From assembly GCA_013265495.1 (NCBI GenBank), contig MU062536.1, forward strand, positions 434,001 through 498,000: a stretch of DNA of 64,000 nucleotides, read 5' to 3'. Position 1 is the stretch's first letter. Each line of letters begins with the position of its first letter. The notes below the pieces were generated by a model, which searched no databases, had not been told where the DNA came from, and was given only the letters and a program-made list of their open reading frames with translations. Source of the stretch: Vicugna vicugna (lineage: Eukaryota). A program made the position numbers and the translations under genes. Of this stretch, positions 1-10,299 are shown piece by piece.

Positions 1-371
1 TCATTTTCTCAGATGTGAAAGTCATATGGAATTCAATTTAGTAACTGCTTAAATTCATCAAATTAAGAAATTTATGTTTGGACACAGTTTTTCATCTCCT
101 TTATTTTCACAACTACCAACAAACCCTCCCTACTAATATACACATGCCTTGGTATACCTTTCTATAATACTAAGCATAAGATCTGAAACCATAAAATTCC
201 TAGAAGAAAACAGATAGAAAATGCTCCCGACATTGGTCTTGGCAATGATTCTCTGGACATAACACCAAAAGCACAAACAACAAAAGCAAAAATCAACAAG
301 TGGGACTACATGAAACTAAAAGGCTTCTGCACAGCAAAAGTAACAACCAACAAAATAAAAAGGTAACCTAT

Positions 372-526
372 NNNNNNNNNNNNNNNNNNNNNNNNNNNNN
401 NNNNNNNNNNNNNNNNNNNNNNNNNNNNNNNNNNNNNNNNNNNNNNNNNNNNNNNNNNNNNNNNNNNNNNNNNNNNNNNNNNNNNNNNNNNNNNNNNNNN
501 NNNNNNNNNNNNNNNNNNNNNNNNNN
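372..526. other. N gap (155 nt) inside L1
   Basis: Run of N. Confidence 1.
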
Positions 527-732
527 TTTTTTTCCAAAGAAGACACACAGATGGACAACTAGTACATTAAAAGCTACTCAGCATCACTAGTTATCAAGGA
601 AATGCAAATCAAGTTATGAGATATCAACTCATACCCCTTAAATGGCTATCATTAAAAAGACAAGAGACAAGTGTTGACAAGGATGTGGAGAAAAGAGAAT
701 ACTTGGGCATTGCTGGTGGGAATGAAAATTAG

Positions 733-923
733 NNNNNNNNNNNNNNNNNNNNNNNNNNNNNNNNNNNNNNNNNNNNNNNNNNNNNNNNNNNNNNNNNNNN
801 NNNNNNNNNNNNNNNNNNNNNNNNNNNNNNNNNNNNNNNNNNNNNNNNNNNNNNNNNNNNNNNNNNNNNNNNNNNNNNNNNNNNNNNNNNNNNNNNNNNN
901 NNNNNNNNNNNNNNNNNNNNNNN
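733..923. other. N gap (191 nt) inside L1
   Basis: Run of N. Confidence 1.
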
Positions 924-1482
924 ACCAACAGATGTATGAATAAAGAAGATATGGTGTGTGCGTGGAATATTATTTATCCATAAAAAGAAGGAAATTCTGC
1001 CATTTGTGACAACATTGATCAATCACAAGGGCATGATGCTAAGTGAAATAAGTCAGACAAAAAGATAAATACTGTATGACCCTACTTATATGTAGTATCT
1101 AAAAAATCAAACTCATAGAAACAATGAATAGACTGGTGGTTGACAGAGGCAGGAGGTGGGGACGTCGGCAAAATGGGTGAAGGTTCTTAAAAGGTACAAA
1201 TTTCCAGTTATAAGAAATAAATTCTGGAGATGTAATGGGCAGCATGGTTACTACATGCATAGTTAACAATAATGTATTGTATCTTTGAAAGTTTATAAGA
1301 CAATAAACAGATCTTGAGAGTTTTCATCAGAAGAAAACAATTTTGTAAATATGTGAGGTGACAGATGTTTACTGGACTTATTATGACACTCATTTTGAAA
1401 TGTATATATAAACCATTATACTGTGTACCTTAAACTAATACTATGTTATATGTCATTTATACCTCAATAGAGCTAGGGAAAA

Positions 1483-1715
1483 TATTAAAACTAGACAACC
1501 ATATGATTCAGTATTCTCACTTATGGGTATACATCCAAAGGAAGACCAAAGGAAGACTCTCTACAGAGAAGAATGGTGGTCACCAAGGTCTGGGAGATTG
1601 AAGAAATGGGGAGATGTTGGTCCAAGGGTACAAACTTCCTGTAATCAAATGCATAAGTTCTGAAGATCTGATGTACAGCATGGTATACTTTAATTCTTTA
1701 GACCCGGTTTCCTTT
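1483..1715 (+). mobile_element. Second, internally deleted L1 3' fragment
   Basis: accatatgattcagtattctcacttatgggtatacatccaaaggaa jumps directly to agagaagaatggtggtcaccaagg...gggtacaaacttcc...gatctgatgtacagcatggt, both L1 3'-end motifs. Confidence 0.75.
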
Positions 1716-1720
1716 AGTTT

Positions 1721-3290
1721 ATTGAACATATCTATAATGGCTGACTTAAAGTCTTTGTCCCATACGGTAAACAGAATAATGCCCCTCCCCAAAGATGTCC
1801 ACTCTTAAATCACTGGAATCCGTGTATATGTTACCTACCCTACATTGTTAAAAGGACTTCGTAGATGTGATTAAGTTCATAGACTTTAAGACTGGAAAAT
1901 TACCCTAGATTATGTGGGTAGTCCAGATCTATTCACATAAGAATTCAAAAGCAGAAAGCCTTTCCTGGCTGCAGTCAGAAAGAGCTGCAGATATAGAAGA
2001 AGGATAGAGAGACACAAGCGTTCAGAACTCCATCCTCCATTACTAGTTTTGAAGATAGATGACTGTGGGTGGCCTCTAGAAGCAGGAAAAGGTAAGGAAA
2101 TGGAATATCCCAAGGGGCTCCAGAAAAAAATTCAGTCCTGCTGACTCCTTGATTTCAGCCCAGTGATGCACATCACACTTCTGACCTACAAAGCTGCAAG
2201 ATAATAAATTTATATTGTTTTAAGTCACTTCATTTTTAGTAATTTGTTATGTCAGCAAGAGAAAAACAATGCATCTAATAAATCTAACATCTGCGCTTTC
2301 TCAAGGACAGTTTCTATTGATAGTTTTGTGTGTGTGTGTTTGTGTAAACCATACTTGTCTGTCTCTATGTGTGTACCCCTTTTTTTTTAAAATTAGACAT
2401 TTCAAATAATATAATGTGACAAGTCTGGAAGTCAGATCAAGGATTTGTTGTTGCTATGTTGTTTCTGTCTAGTTTTGTTTTGTTGTTGTTGTAATCTACT
2501 TATTTAGTGACATTCCCAGACTACTCATGCAAAGTCTGTATTTCCTGTTATGTGCAGCCACTCAAGCCTCTGGTTAGCTTCACATTCAGTTTAATAATTA
2601 GACAGAGATTTCTTTAAATCTTTTTAACCAGAAAGTTTTTCACCCTTTGTCAAAAAGCCTTTTTGTGCTCTGGGGCACAGCTTCAGTGCAAATTTATACT
2701 CTGCCCTGACCTTCACTTGAAGGGCCCCAAGGTTGACCAGAGGTGAGGGATTTGGTCTTTCCTAATCTTGGGTCTTTCTTTAGCATGCCCGCAGCCCTGC
2801 ACAGACGCACAAGCCTATGCATGCATATGGCGTTCTAGATTTGAAGAACACATTGGAACTTTTCAAAGCCTCCTATGGGCGTTTCATTCTACAGATTTTT
2901 ATAAAATTTTTCGTTTACCACTTACTTGCCCCAACTGGTATCACCGCCTAGGTGAACAGCAACATTAATTAACTGCTGCTGGTTGACAGACAAATGCCCT
3001 GGGAATACAATCCCTTTCCAATGAATGTTACACTGCTGGTTTTCAAGGATCATGGAATTAGTGAGAAGGAAACAGAAACAGGGCAAGTTAAAATGCCACA
3101 AATCCCAATATTCTTCCTGAAATGCAGTCCTTTTGTTGACTAAACTCTCTTTGGATTTTTCAAATCCTTTAGTTTATTTCCAGAATTCTGAAAAGGCTGA
3201 TTGCCAATGTTTTTATTGCTTTTAGTGAGAAGCAGATTTTCAGAGGTCCTGACTCCACTGCTATGGAAGTTCTTCCCCTTTTAAGTGCTA
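1721..3290 (-). mobile_element. Old L1M (L1MC/MD/ME-type) 5'-region fragment, interrupted by MLT1D
   Basis: ttagtttattgaacatatctataatggctgacttaaagtctttg reads through to tctaataaatctaacatctg once 1763-2273 is removed. Downstream motifs (tttcctgttatgtgcagccact, agcagattttcagaggtcctgactccac) match recalled old-L1 5' consensus. Confidence 0.65.
1763..2273 (+). mobile_element. MaLR solo LTR, MLT1D-like
   Basis: ggtaaacagaataatgcccctccccaaagatgtcc start; gtagatgtgattaagtt; ctgactccttgatttcagccc; aataaatttatattgttttaagtcac; ends gaaaaacaatgca. Decayed 5-bp TSD tccca/tctaa. Confidence 0.85.
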
Positions 3291-4324
3291 TTTTTCCAAT
3301 TACTCTGTTAAGTCTAAAATTATTTCAAAATACTAAGTTAAATTACACACGCACATATATGTAAATAAAGATATTTATGAAGACAATAACAAAAATCTGA
3401 TTTGTGAAAAAAATTTTTATCCATTGGGCTTATCCCCAAATATAACTTCAGGATATTACAATGTTATATAATGAAATTTCACCTTTTTCATTTTGACCTT
3501 AAGTATACTTACATACACCTAGGAATACTTAAGTTAGCAAAGTATAATGGGAGCACGCATGTAAGTGAAATTGAGAAAACTATCCATAATATTATTTTGG
3601 ATCAGCAATATGTAAGAAAACAGAGACCTGATTCTGTTAGTTCTAATTGAAATTTGGATTTATAAGTCTCTTCTGTAAGCCTCACAGGAAATGACAAAAG
3701 GTGTATTAAATTTATTCTCCAGCATATTGATTACATCTCTTTGATTTCCCCAGTTTTCTAAGATGTAACATGTTATTGTCTTGAATACTTACTATTTTTT
3801 TAAAAAATGGTTATTTTGTCACTATGAAGGATTAAATAATACCCTCCTATTTATGGCTCAAGGATTAGAAAAAAGAAATAATTATTTAAAAGATAAAAAT
3901 ATCTTTATTCCTTAGGGAGTTTTCCCAAACGGGAAATTCAGATGAATTCTCGTACAGGGAGAATATGTAGCTTTTGCAGTACATCCTATTTCACTTTGTC
4001 ATATTTATCTTTGATCAGACGTTGTTACTGCATATTCCTTAAGGGAACCAGAAAAATTTCAATGTTTTACACTTTACACAGCGAAACCTGTCTGAAGAGA
4101 AATCTTGAGAAAGGAAGAGCCAGTCTCAAGAGCAGCTGCAGAAATGATGCCTAATTAAATTTTCACACACAGATTAAAAGGATATGCTGATCTTTTGCCT
4201 GCACTCAGTGAGAATTTGTAAAGCAACTTAGGTAATCAGAATTTATAAAGTATTGAGAGATACTCTTAAATTCTACTTGTTGCTGCTCCAAGTGGCGTGG
4301 TGGTGGCATGTGACACAACGATGC

Positions 4325-4472
4325 TCAGCCTGGGCACAGACAGAAGCCACCTGGGCATCTTTTAAAAACAGCTCTGGTGCCCACGTTCTCCCCATTCAAC
4401 AGACTTTGCCTTAATGGATATGCTCTGGCATCAGGGTCTTTAAAGCTCCCCACATACTACTAGGACGCAGCG
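4325..4472. mobile_element. MER5B-like hAT-Charlie relic
   Basis: gccacctgggcatcttttaaaaa...ggcatcagggtctttaaagctcccca matches the recalled MER5B core. Confidence 0.55.
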
Positions 4473-4486
4473 ATATTAATCTAGAG

Positions 4487-4651
4487 CAGTAGTTCTTCAC
4501 CTTTACTGTGCATACAAATCACCTGGGGTCATTCTGAAATGCAGATTCTGATCTAGTAGGGCTGAACTGGGTCCTTATAAGGCACATTTTTTTTAACAAG
4601 GTCCTAGGTGACGCCCAAGCTGCTGGTGCATGGATCACTCTGCATAGCCTG
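4487..4651. mobile_element. MER5A-like hAT-Charlie relic
   Basis: cagtagttct...aatcacctgggg...aaatgcagattctgatctagtagg...taacaaggtcctaggtgacgcccaagctgctggt; preceded by atctagag, fitting the Charlie NTCTAGAN target preference. Confidence 0.75.
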
Positions 4652-5019
4652 ATACAGAAATTAAAAGGAACATCAGAAATAAAGTCCATAAACATAGGCC
4701 ACTCACTTTTGAAAGCTAGTAACTCAAAGTACATTTGACTTGTGCCTCAGGAAAAAAGAGAGATCAGTGATTTCTACTGGAGTCCTCGCCCCTCCCTGTC
4801 AGAAGGCTCTCCCCCAGCCTCCGCTGACTTCCTGCCACGGGGAAACTCGTCTCTTCCTCAACCACAGTTCAGGAAACCCTACCCTCCAAAACGAGTCTGA
4901 CTTCCCAGTCCTTTTTTAGAACTCCTTTTAAATTCCATGCAGTTAAATACTGAATTTTCTTTCATTTTTGCCATTATAAATTTTGTAAGAGCAAGGATGA
5001 CATCTCATATTTCTTCTAG

Positions 5020-5084
5020 CAAAGGGTAAAGACAACAAGGCTCAAAAATATGTGCTAATTAAATAGCGCTCATATATACCTCAG
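5020..5084 (+). other. Candidate non-coding exon (65 nt)
   Basis: ctcatatttcttctag acceptor and perfect CAG|GTAAGT donor at 5084/5085; stop codons in all three frames. Confidence 0.25.
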
Positions 5085-6319
5085 GTAAGTATATAGATAC
5101 TGGGAAGCACTTGGCCTAAGAAGTTAGGTTGTTAGAAAAATAAATGGTTTACATACTCTGCTGCTTGACTTATATACAATGTGGATATGATTAAAATACT
5201 ATGCTACAAGCCTTACAAAAACAGGAATCCATGGCTTCAGCTGCCTGCTGAATTTTTCTTCAACATCTCTTGGACACTGAATACCCGTACAACATACATC
5301 CTGTACCAGCAAAAGGCTTGAAAATGAAGGCATCAGAAAAGTCTTTATGGGCCCTGGAATATCCTGCATCCATTAACTGACACATTAAGTCCTCTTTTCT
5401 GAGCGTCATACCTTCAGCTTTCATGCCACAACCTTATTAAAATGCAGATACCAATGGAGGGAGAAACATCTCAAAAATGTATTATTAGTAATCTGCCCAT
5501 AAGTAGGAATGAGGAATTTGAGATCCAGTTTGATAGAAGTCTCGGAATACAGAAGAGAGAGCACCTGTCGTAATTCTGTACCTCATGTCCCCCAAATTGA
5601 TTCTTGCCAGGTTAATTAAAGCTCCCATTGAAACATTATCCTAGGATAAATCAAAATTACTCTACTATTCATGTGGTTAGAATGTGCACACTATGTACAC
5701 AGCTCTGCAGGAAAATTATACTACAATGAAAATATTCTCCAAAAAAAAAAGCCGGGGGGGGGGGAAATACTCAAATTAGGAGATACAATGAGAGAAAGTA
5801 AGAAAATGAATTTATAAGTACTAGGCAGAATTACTGTAATAAGTGTATTGTAAAGGCAAAGTCAGTACGTATTTCTCACTTTGAAGAAGTTAAATGCTGC
5901 TTCTTCCAAAGCAGGAGTCCGTGGGAATAACATGGCCACCCATCCCAGCGATGCATTCCAAAGTTGGTCACATTTAGGAGATTTTAATAGTAATTTTCCA
6001 GATATGCTTTGGCACACAGGAAACATAGCGTAATTTTTAACTATGTAAAATAAAGCATTAACATTAGCTTTTCTGCAAAGATCAATTTGATAAAGGTGCT
6101 ACATTCAATTCATATTTAAGCCATCTCCAAATTGAACCCAGCTCGATTATTCTTTTTGAGTTTTTCCTATTGATGATGTCTAAAACTCCAAAAGAGGAAG
6201 ATATTAAGTGCAAAAAACCTAAATAATACACACACAAACAGAACCTAAGTCAACAACTTACACAGTTAAAAATAAACACAAACAAGAGAGTTTCAGAAAC
6301 CCACTACAATCAAAAACCT

Positions 6320-6480
6320 ACTACACCTATGAAACCACCACTCCATCAAGACAGAGTACAATTCCATTTCCATCCATCATAGTCAGTTCTCCCTTCTGCC
6401 CCTACCCCAGGCAGTAGATCTCCTTTTTATTTCTATATATTAATTTGCCTTTTCCAGAATTTTATTATACATTTGTCAGA
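6320..6480 (-). mobile_element. L1ME 3'-end fragment
   Basis: accaccactccatcaagacagagtaca...cccctaccccaggca...taatttgccttttccagaattttatta is typical antisense L1ME 3'UTR. Confidence 0.6.
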
Positions 6481-6607
6481 AGTCATCACATTATACACTT
6501 CAAATGGATGCAGTTTGTAGTATATACATTATTCTTCAAAGAAATTGATAAAATGAATACTAGGACAAGTATTCTTTTCTTAAGGTTTTAAAAAGTTTAA
6601 GCTTTTT

Positions 6608-6877
6608 TAAATGTAGTATAGTTGATTTACAATGTTGTGTTAGTTTCTGGTGTACAGCATAGTGATTCAGTTATACACACACACACACACATATTCTTTT
6701 TCATATTCTTTATCATTATAGGTTATTACAAGATATTGAATATAATTCCCTGCGCTAAACAGTAGGACCTTGTTGTTTATCTATTTTATATATAGTAGTT
6801 GGTATCTGCAAATCCCAAACTCCTAATTTATCCATCCCCCCCAATTATTTACAAAATAAAAAGACTCACAGACATAG
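6608..6877 (-). mobile_element. Young cetartiodactyl-type L1 3'UTR insertion, 5'-inverted, flanked by a 15-bp TSD
   Basis: gtatagttgatttacaatgttgtgttagtttctggtgtacagcatagtgattcag...atcccaaactcctaatttatccatccccc (antisense), then sense attatttacaaaataaaaagactcacagacatagaa. TSD aagtttaagcttttt (6593-6607) and aaggttaagcttttt (6878-6892). Confidence 0.85.
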
Positions 6878-9625
6878 AAGGTTAAGCTTTTTGATCAAAG
6901 ACCTGTTCACTGAGTCCCATGATGTCACACGGTTCTACCTCACTATCTCTTCCTCAAGAGTGAAGAAAGCCTTGGAAAAGAATGATTGATGAATCTCTAG
7001 AAATACTACTCGGCCTGCCTTGGAAGCTAGCAGAGACATCAAAGGATTGACAGAATTAGCTTAGTATCCCCAAGGTAATTCTGTCTCTGTGTCGATCTCT
7101 GTGTGCTTATTCAATTTAAGTATGAGTAAGTGCAAACAAATTGTTATAATTTTTTTCATTTGACCTCCTGGTCAAGCTAGTATACTAAACATACCCTCAA
7201 ATCCTTCCTTCCTACTCTAAAATTTTAAAAATATATATATTAGAGGAACTATTAAGTCCTCTAATTTAAGAGCCTGGTTAAAAATAATCCCAGGAAAGTA
7301 CCATCCAAATCAGCATTAAGAGAGGAGGCTCTCCTTGTGATTTTCTTGCCTAAGAATGTTGCCATAACATTAGACCTCAGTGCCTTGCTTTATCTTTGCT
7401 GGTACGAAAGTTCTCACAGAAGTATTGCTTGAAGTTACTATCTCCAGATATCCCATGAGGGTTTAATCATCACACATTCTTTTCATTAAAAGGTAGAACA
7501 GATTTGCCTCGGAATGATGCATCAGAGTATTACAGGAAGACGCAGAAGAGGAATTAGGGTTATCCCAAAGCCTTCTGGAATCACAGCAAGCAGCATCGCA
7601 AAAAGGTCCATGAGACTATAGATTAACCTCAATTTGTACAGGAGCTAGTTCTAAATGGTAAGCAAGTCAAACTCTATTTTTAATACTAGATAATCTAAAA
7701 TTACCCCAGGATGAATCCTTTGGTTAATCAAAAAATCACTTTGAACTTTAATTGCTTTGGAATGCCACAGCTTCAGATTACTTTCTTAAAATAGGCTCCC
7801 ATTTACAAAGATTTGTGTTTTCTCTCTCTCCCTCCCACTCTTCCTCTTATTTTTATCTTCAATACTATCATCTTCACTTAGCATTCATTTGTTGGCCACA
7901 TTTTTGCCAAGAAACAGAAAGAAAAACATGGTCTTTTGAAAAGCCAAATCTTGGGAAGTGAGAGTTGATAAATCTTGTTTCATTATGATGAAACACCTTT
8001 GATATCTTGACATTTAGTGCTCACACTAAATTCTTCTGAAATATATCACTAATCTCCTTGGAGTCCTCATGTGGCATACTGGTATGTCGAGGAAGCAAAT
8101 ATTGCAAAGTTGCCAAAAGACCAATTTCAATCTAATTAGGACTTGCACTGCTTCAGTGGAGGCTACATAAACACCCTGTTAATATTCACAGCAGCAGCTT
8201 TGTCAATAACTCCCCCAGAATCTTCAAATTTATAACGGAAATCAGCAAACTATTGATTTGCTGACACTGATAGATCTACCCAGATTTACTGACTCCTTTC
8301 TCTCGCCTCTGCCCCAATAGAGGGTACAAATGCCAGTTGCTCTAATCGGCTCCTAAACACTGAAGGATCATTATTAAAGTATGGCTGGCATCCCTGATCA
8401 TTAATTATAATCTTGTGCACATATGCAGTGTGATTGCAGGAAATAATCAGCTTTGTCTGCCAAACTGGCAACATTTAGAAACTAATTTGTTATGACACAG
8501 CATCAAAGATATTTAAACAACAAACTCAAGGCTCTGCTGTTCTGCATACATTGTTATAATATCCAATAACATCATTAAAACATAGTTAACATATCCAGAG
8601 GGAAGTGGTATGTATCCCTGAATTTCCATTCAAGTGGAATTATCAAAAACAATTTTTATGTACTCCCAATCTTACAGTCGCGTGTTGGGGATGCCCCTCC
8701 AGACTGACGGCCATTTAGGGGGCTGCCTAGAAGAGCAGCTGTCAGTCTAGTGTAATTAAGTGGGCACTGGAAGGATGATCCAAAGTGTGCTCAAGGCAGA
8801 GATTAGACAGGATTGCTAGTTTTCTGTTTGGGATATGCTAGAATTCACTGATCTACTTAATTCTTTAGGGGCTGAATCACAGCAGCAGACCCCTCACACT
8901 TGGGTGCATCATCATGAAGTAGAGGAAGCAGTTTTAAGGAAGCTATGCATCCCACACCCGATGTTGGCCCATTCACTTCAGAGTGAGAACCTTCAAATTG
9001 TGGACGTTGAGACGCACACTGCATGTCTCCCTCCCTCCCCTAACCCCTCACTCTGGACAGCCACATGACTGTTCTGAGCCCATGTTCCCATCATGGCTAC
9101 TCAGGGGACTTTTGATTCAGTCTTTCTGCCATCATTTCCTTTTATCCCCCTCAGCAGAACCAAGCCCAAGCCCCGCGCCCCATCCTTCTGCCAAGCTCCC
9201 TCTCTTCAGCCTCCTAACACCTCCCAAATCCACACACATGTATATGTCCTTCATGCCTTTTGCATATGAAAATATAGATTAAAATGTTATTTTTATAGTA
9301 GTTTCTAAGAATTCCAATTACTTCTAGAAATACTAGTATTGGTTCTTTTTTTGTACCCCTAAAAGCAGTTAAATACAAAAATGCTGTGCCAATAATATGT
9401 CTTTACAAAGGGAAAGTCCTGAGTATTTGTTGGGGCAACTTCGCCCCGCCCCCATCCTAAGTGGGGATACACTTTGGCCTCTTTCTACACTATTATTCAC
9501 TCTATCTGGGTTGAGGGTGTAATTCTGGGTGGAATAGACAAGGCTTATGTAGCCAGGACCCTGCCTCCTGCCTTTTGAGGCTACACTGCCCACAGAGCAG
9601 CTATTTATTCTCCCCGTTCTCCCAG

Positions 9626-9690
9626 GGCAAGCTCTTCGCCATCTCCACCAGCTGGGCCTGCCCAAGTCGAGCGATGCCTGTCATGTGCTG
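9626..9690 (+). other. Candidate exon A (65 nt) of an unidentified transcript
   Basis: tttattctccccgttctcccag|G acceptor and CTG|GTAAGT donor; GC/CpG-rich body open in all three frames. Confidence 0.45.
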
Positions 9691-10091
9691 GTAAGTCTAC
9701 CTAAATTTGGAGCTTGTTTAGCAGGTTCATTTGGCCCTCAAACCAAGCTAAGTCCTCCAACTTAGCAGTTGCCAATGATAAAAGTGACATTCTGAGCTCT
9801 GTTGGCCATCCTTTTGTTCTATTTTTTAATTTTTCTGAATCTTGGCAAGGAAGCAGAATGCTATTTCATTGTAAAGATTACAACATTTGCTATATTGTCC
9901 GTAAAAAATAAAAGCCAAACAGTAGAATTTGGGAGAACACAATATGTAGTAGAGAAACTTCTAGTAAGGCTAGGCTGCGGCTGTCTAGGACTGCCTCCTA
10001 CCATGTGCTAAATCTGTCTAATAGCCATATCCTCCAACTTGTATCTTATTAGTAAAGAAGATGACACTTTTTTTTTCTTCAACTTTTTCAG

Positions 10092-10142
10092 AACTTGGAT
10101 AGGAAAAAGCTTTAGAAGAGTATGAGTTAAAATAACATGAAG
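10092..10142 (+). other. Candidate exon B (51 nt, or start of a terminal exon)
   Basis: atgacacttttttttttcttcaactttttcag acceptor with branch-like TGAC about 28 nt upstream; AAG|GTAAGA donor. Stops in all frames; ends aac-ATG-AAG. Confidence 0.45.
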
Positions 10143-10299
10143 GTAAGAAAAAAAATCACTGAAATATAATGTGACTTAATCAAATGGTTTCTGTTTCTTC
10201 ATTGAAATAATGAAGGTACAGAGAATTAAACGAAACACTCTGTTTCACAACACACACCATCTATACTTGGTTTGTTAGTTAGGTTATGCTTAATAAGGT

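Larger units (their letters stand above)
178..1482 (+). mobile_element. L1 3' portion (ORF2 C-terminal remnant plus 3'UTR), L1MA9/L1MB-like, containing two N gaps
   Basis: Typical L1 ORF2-end sequence (agatctgaaaccataaaattcctagaagaaaac...aaaatcaacaagtgggactacatgaaactaaaaggcttctgcacagcaaaag) and a 3'UTR ending tatacctcaatagagctagggaaaa. No intact reading frame. Confidence 0.9.

Noticed and set aside
5880-5975. Coding-looking minus-strand stretch ending at a GTGAGA donor
   Set aside because: There is no usable AG acceptor that avoids upstream stops, and the peptides are unrecognised.
7490-7620. Short open frames (EDAEEELGLSQ... and minus-strand LLAVIPEGF, reminiscent of the P-type ATPase PEGL motif)
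   Set aside because: Splice sites are weak or absent, stops are nearby, and the motif similarity is too short to mean anything.
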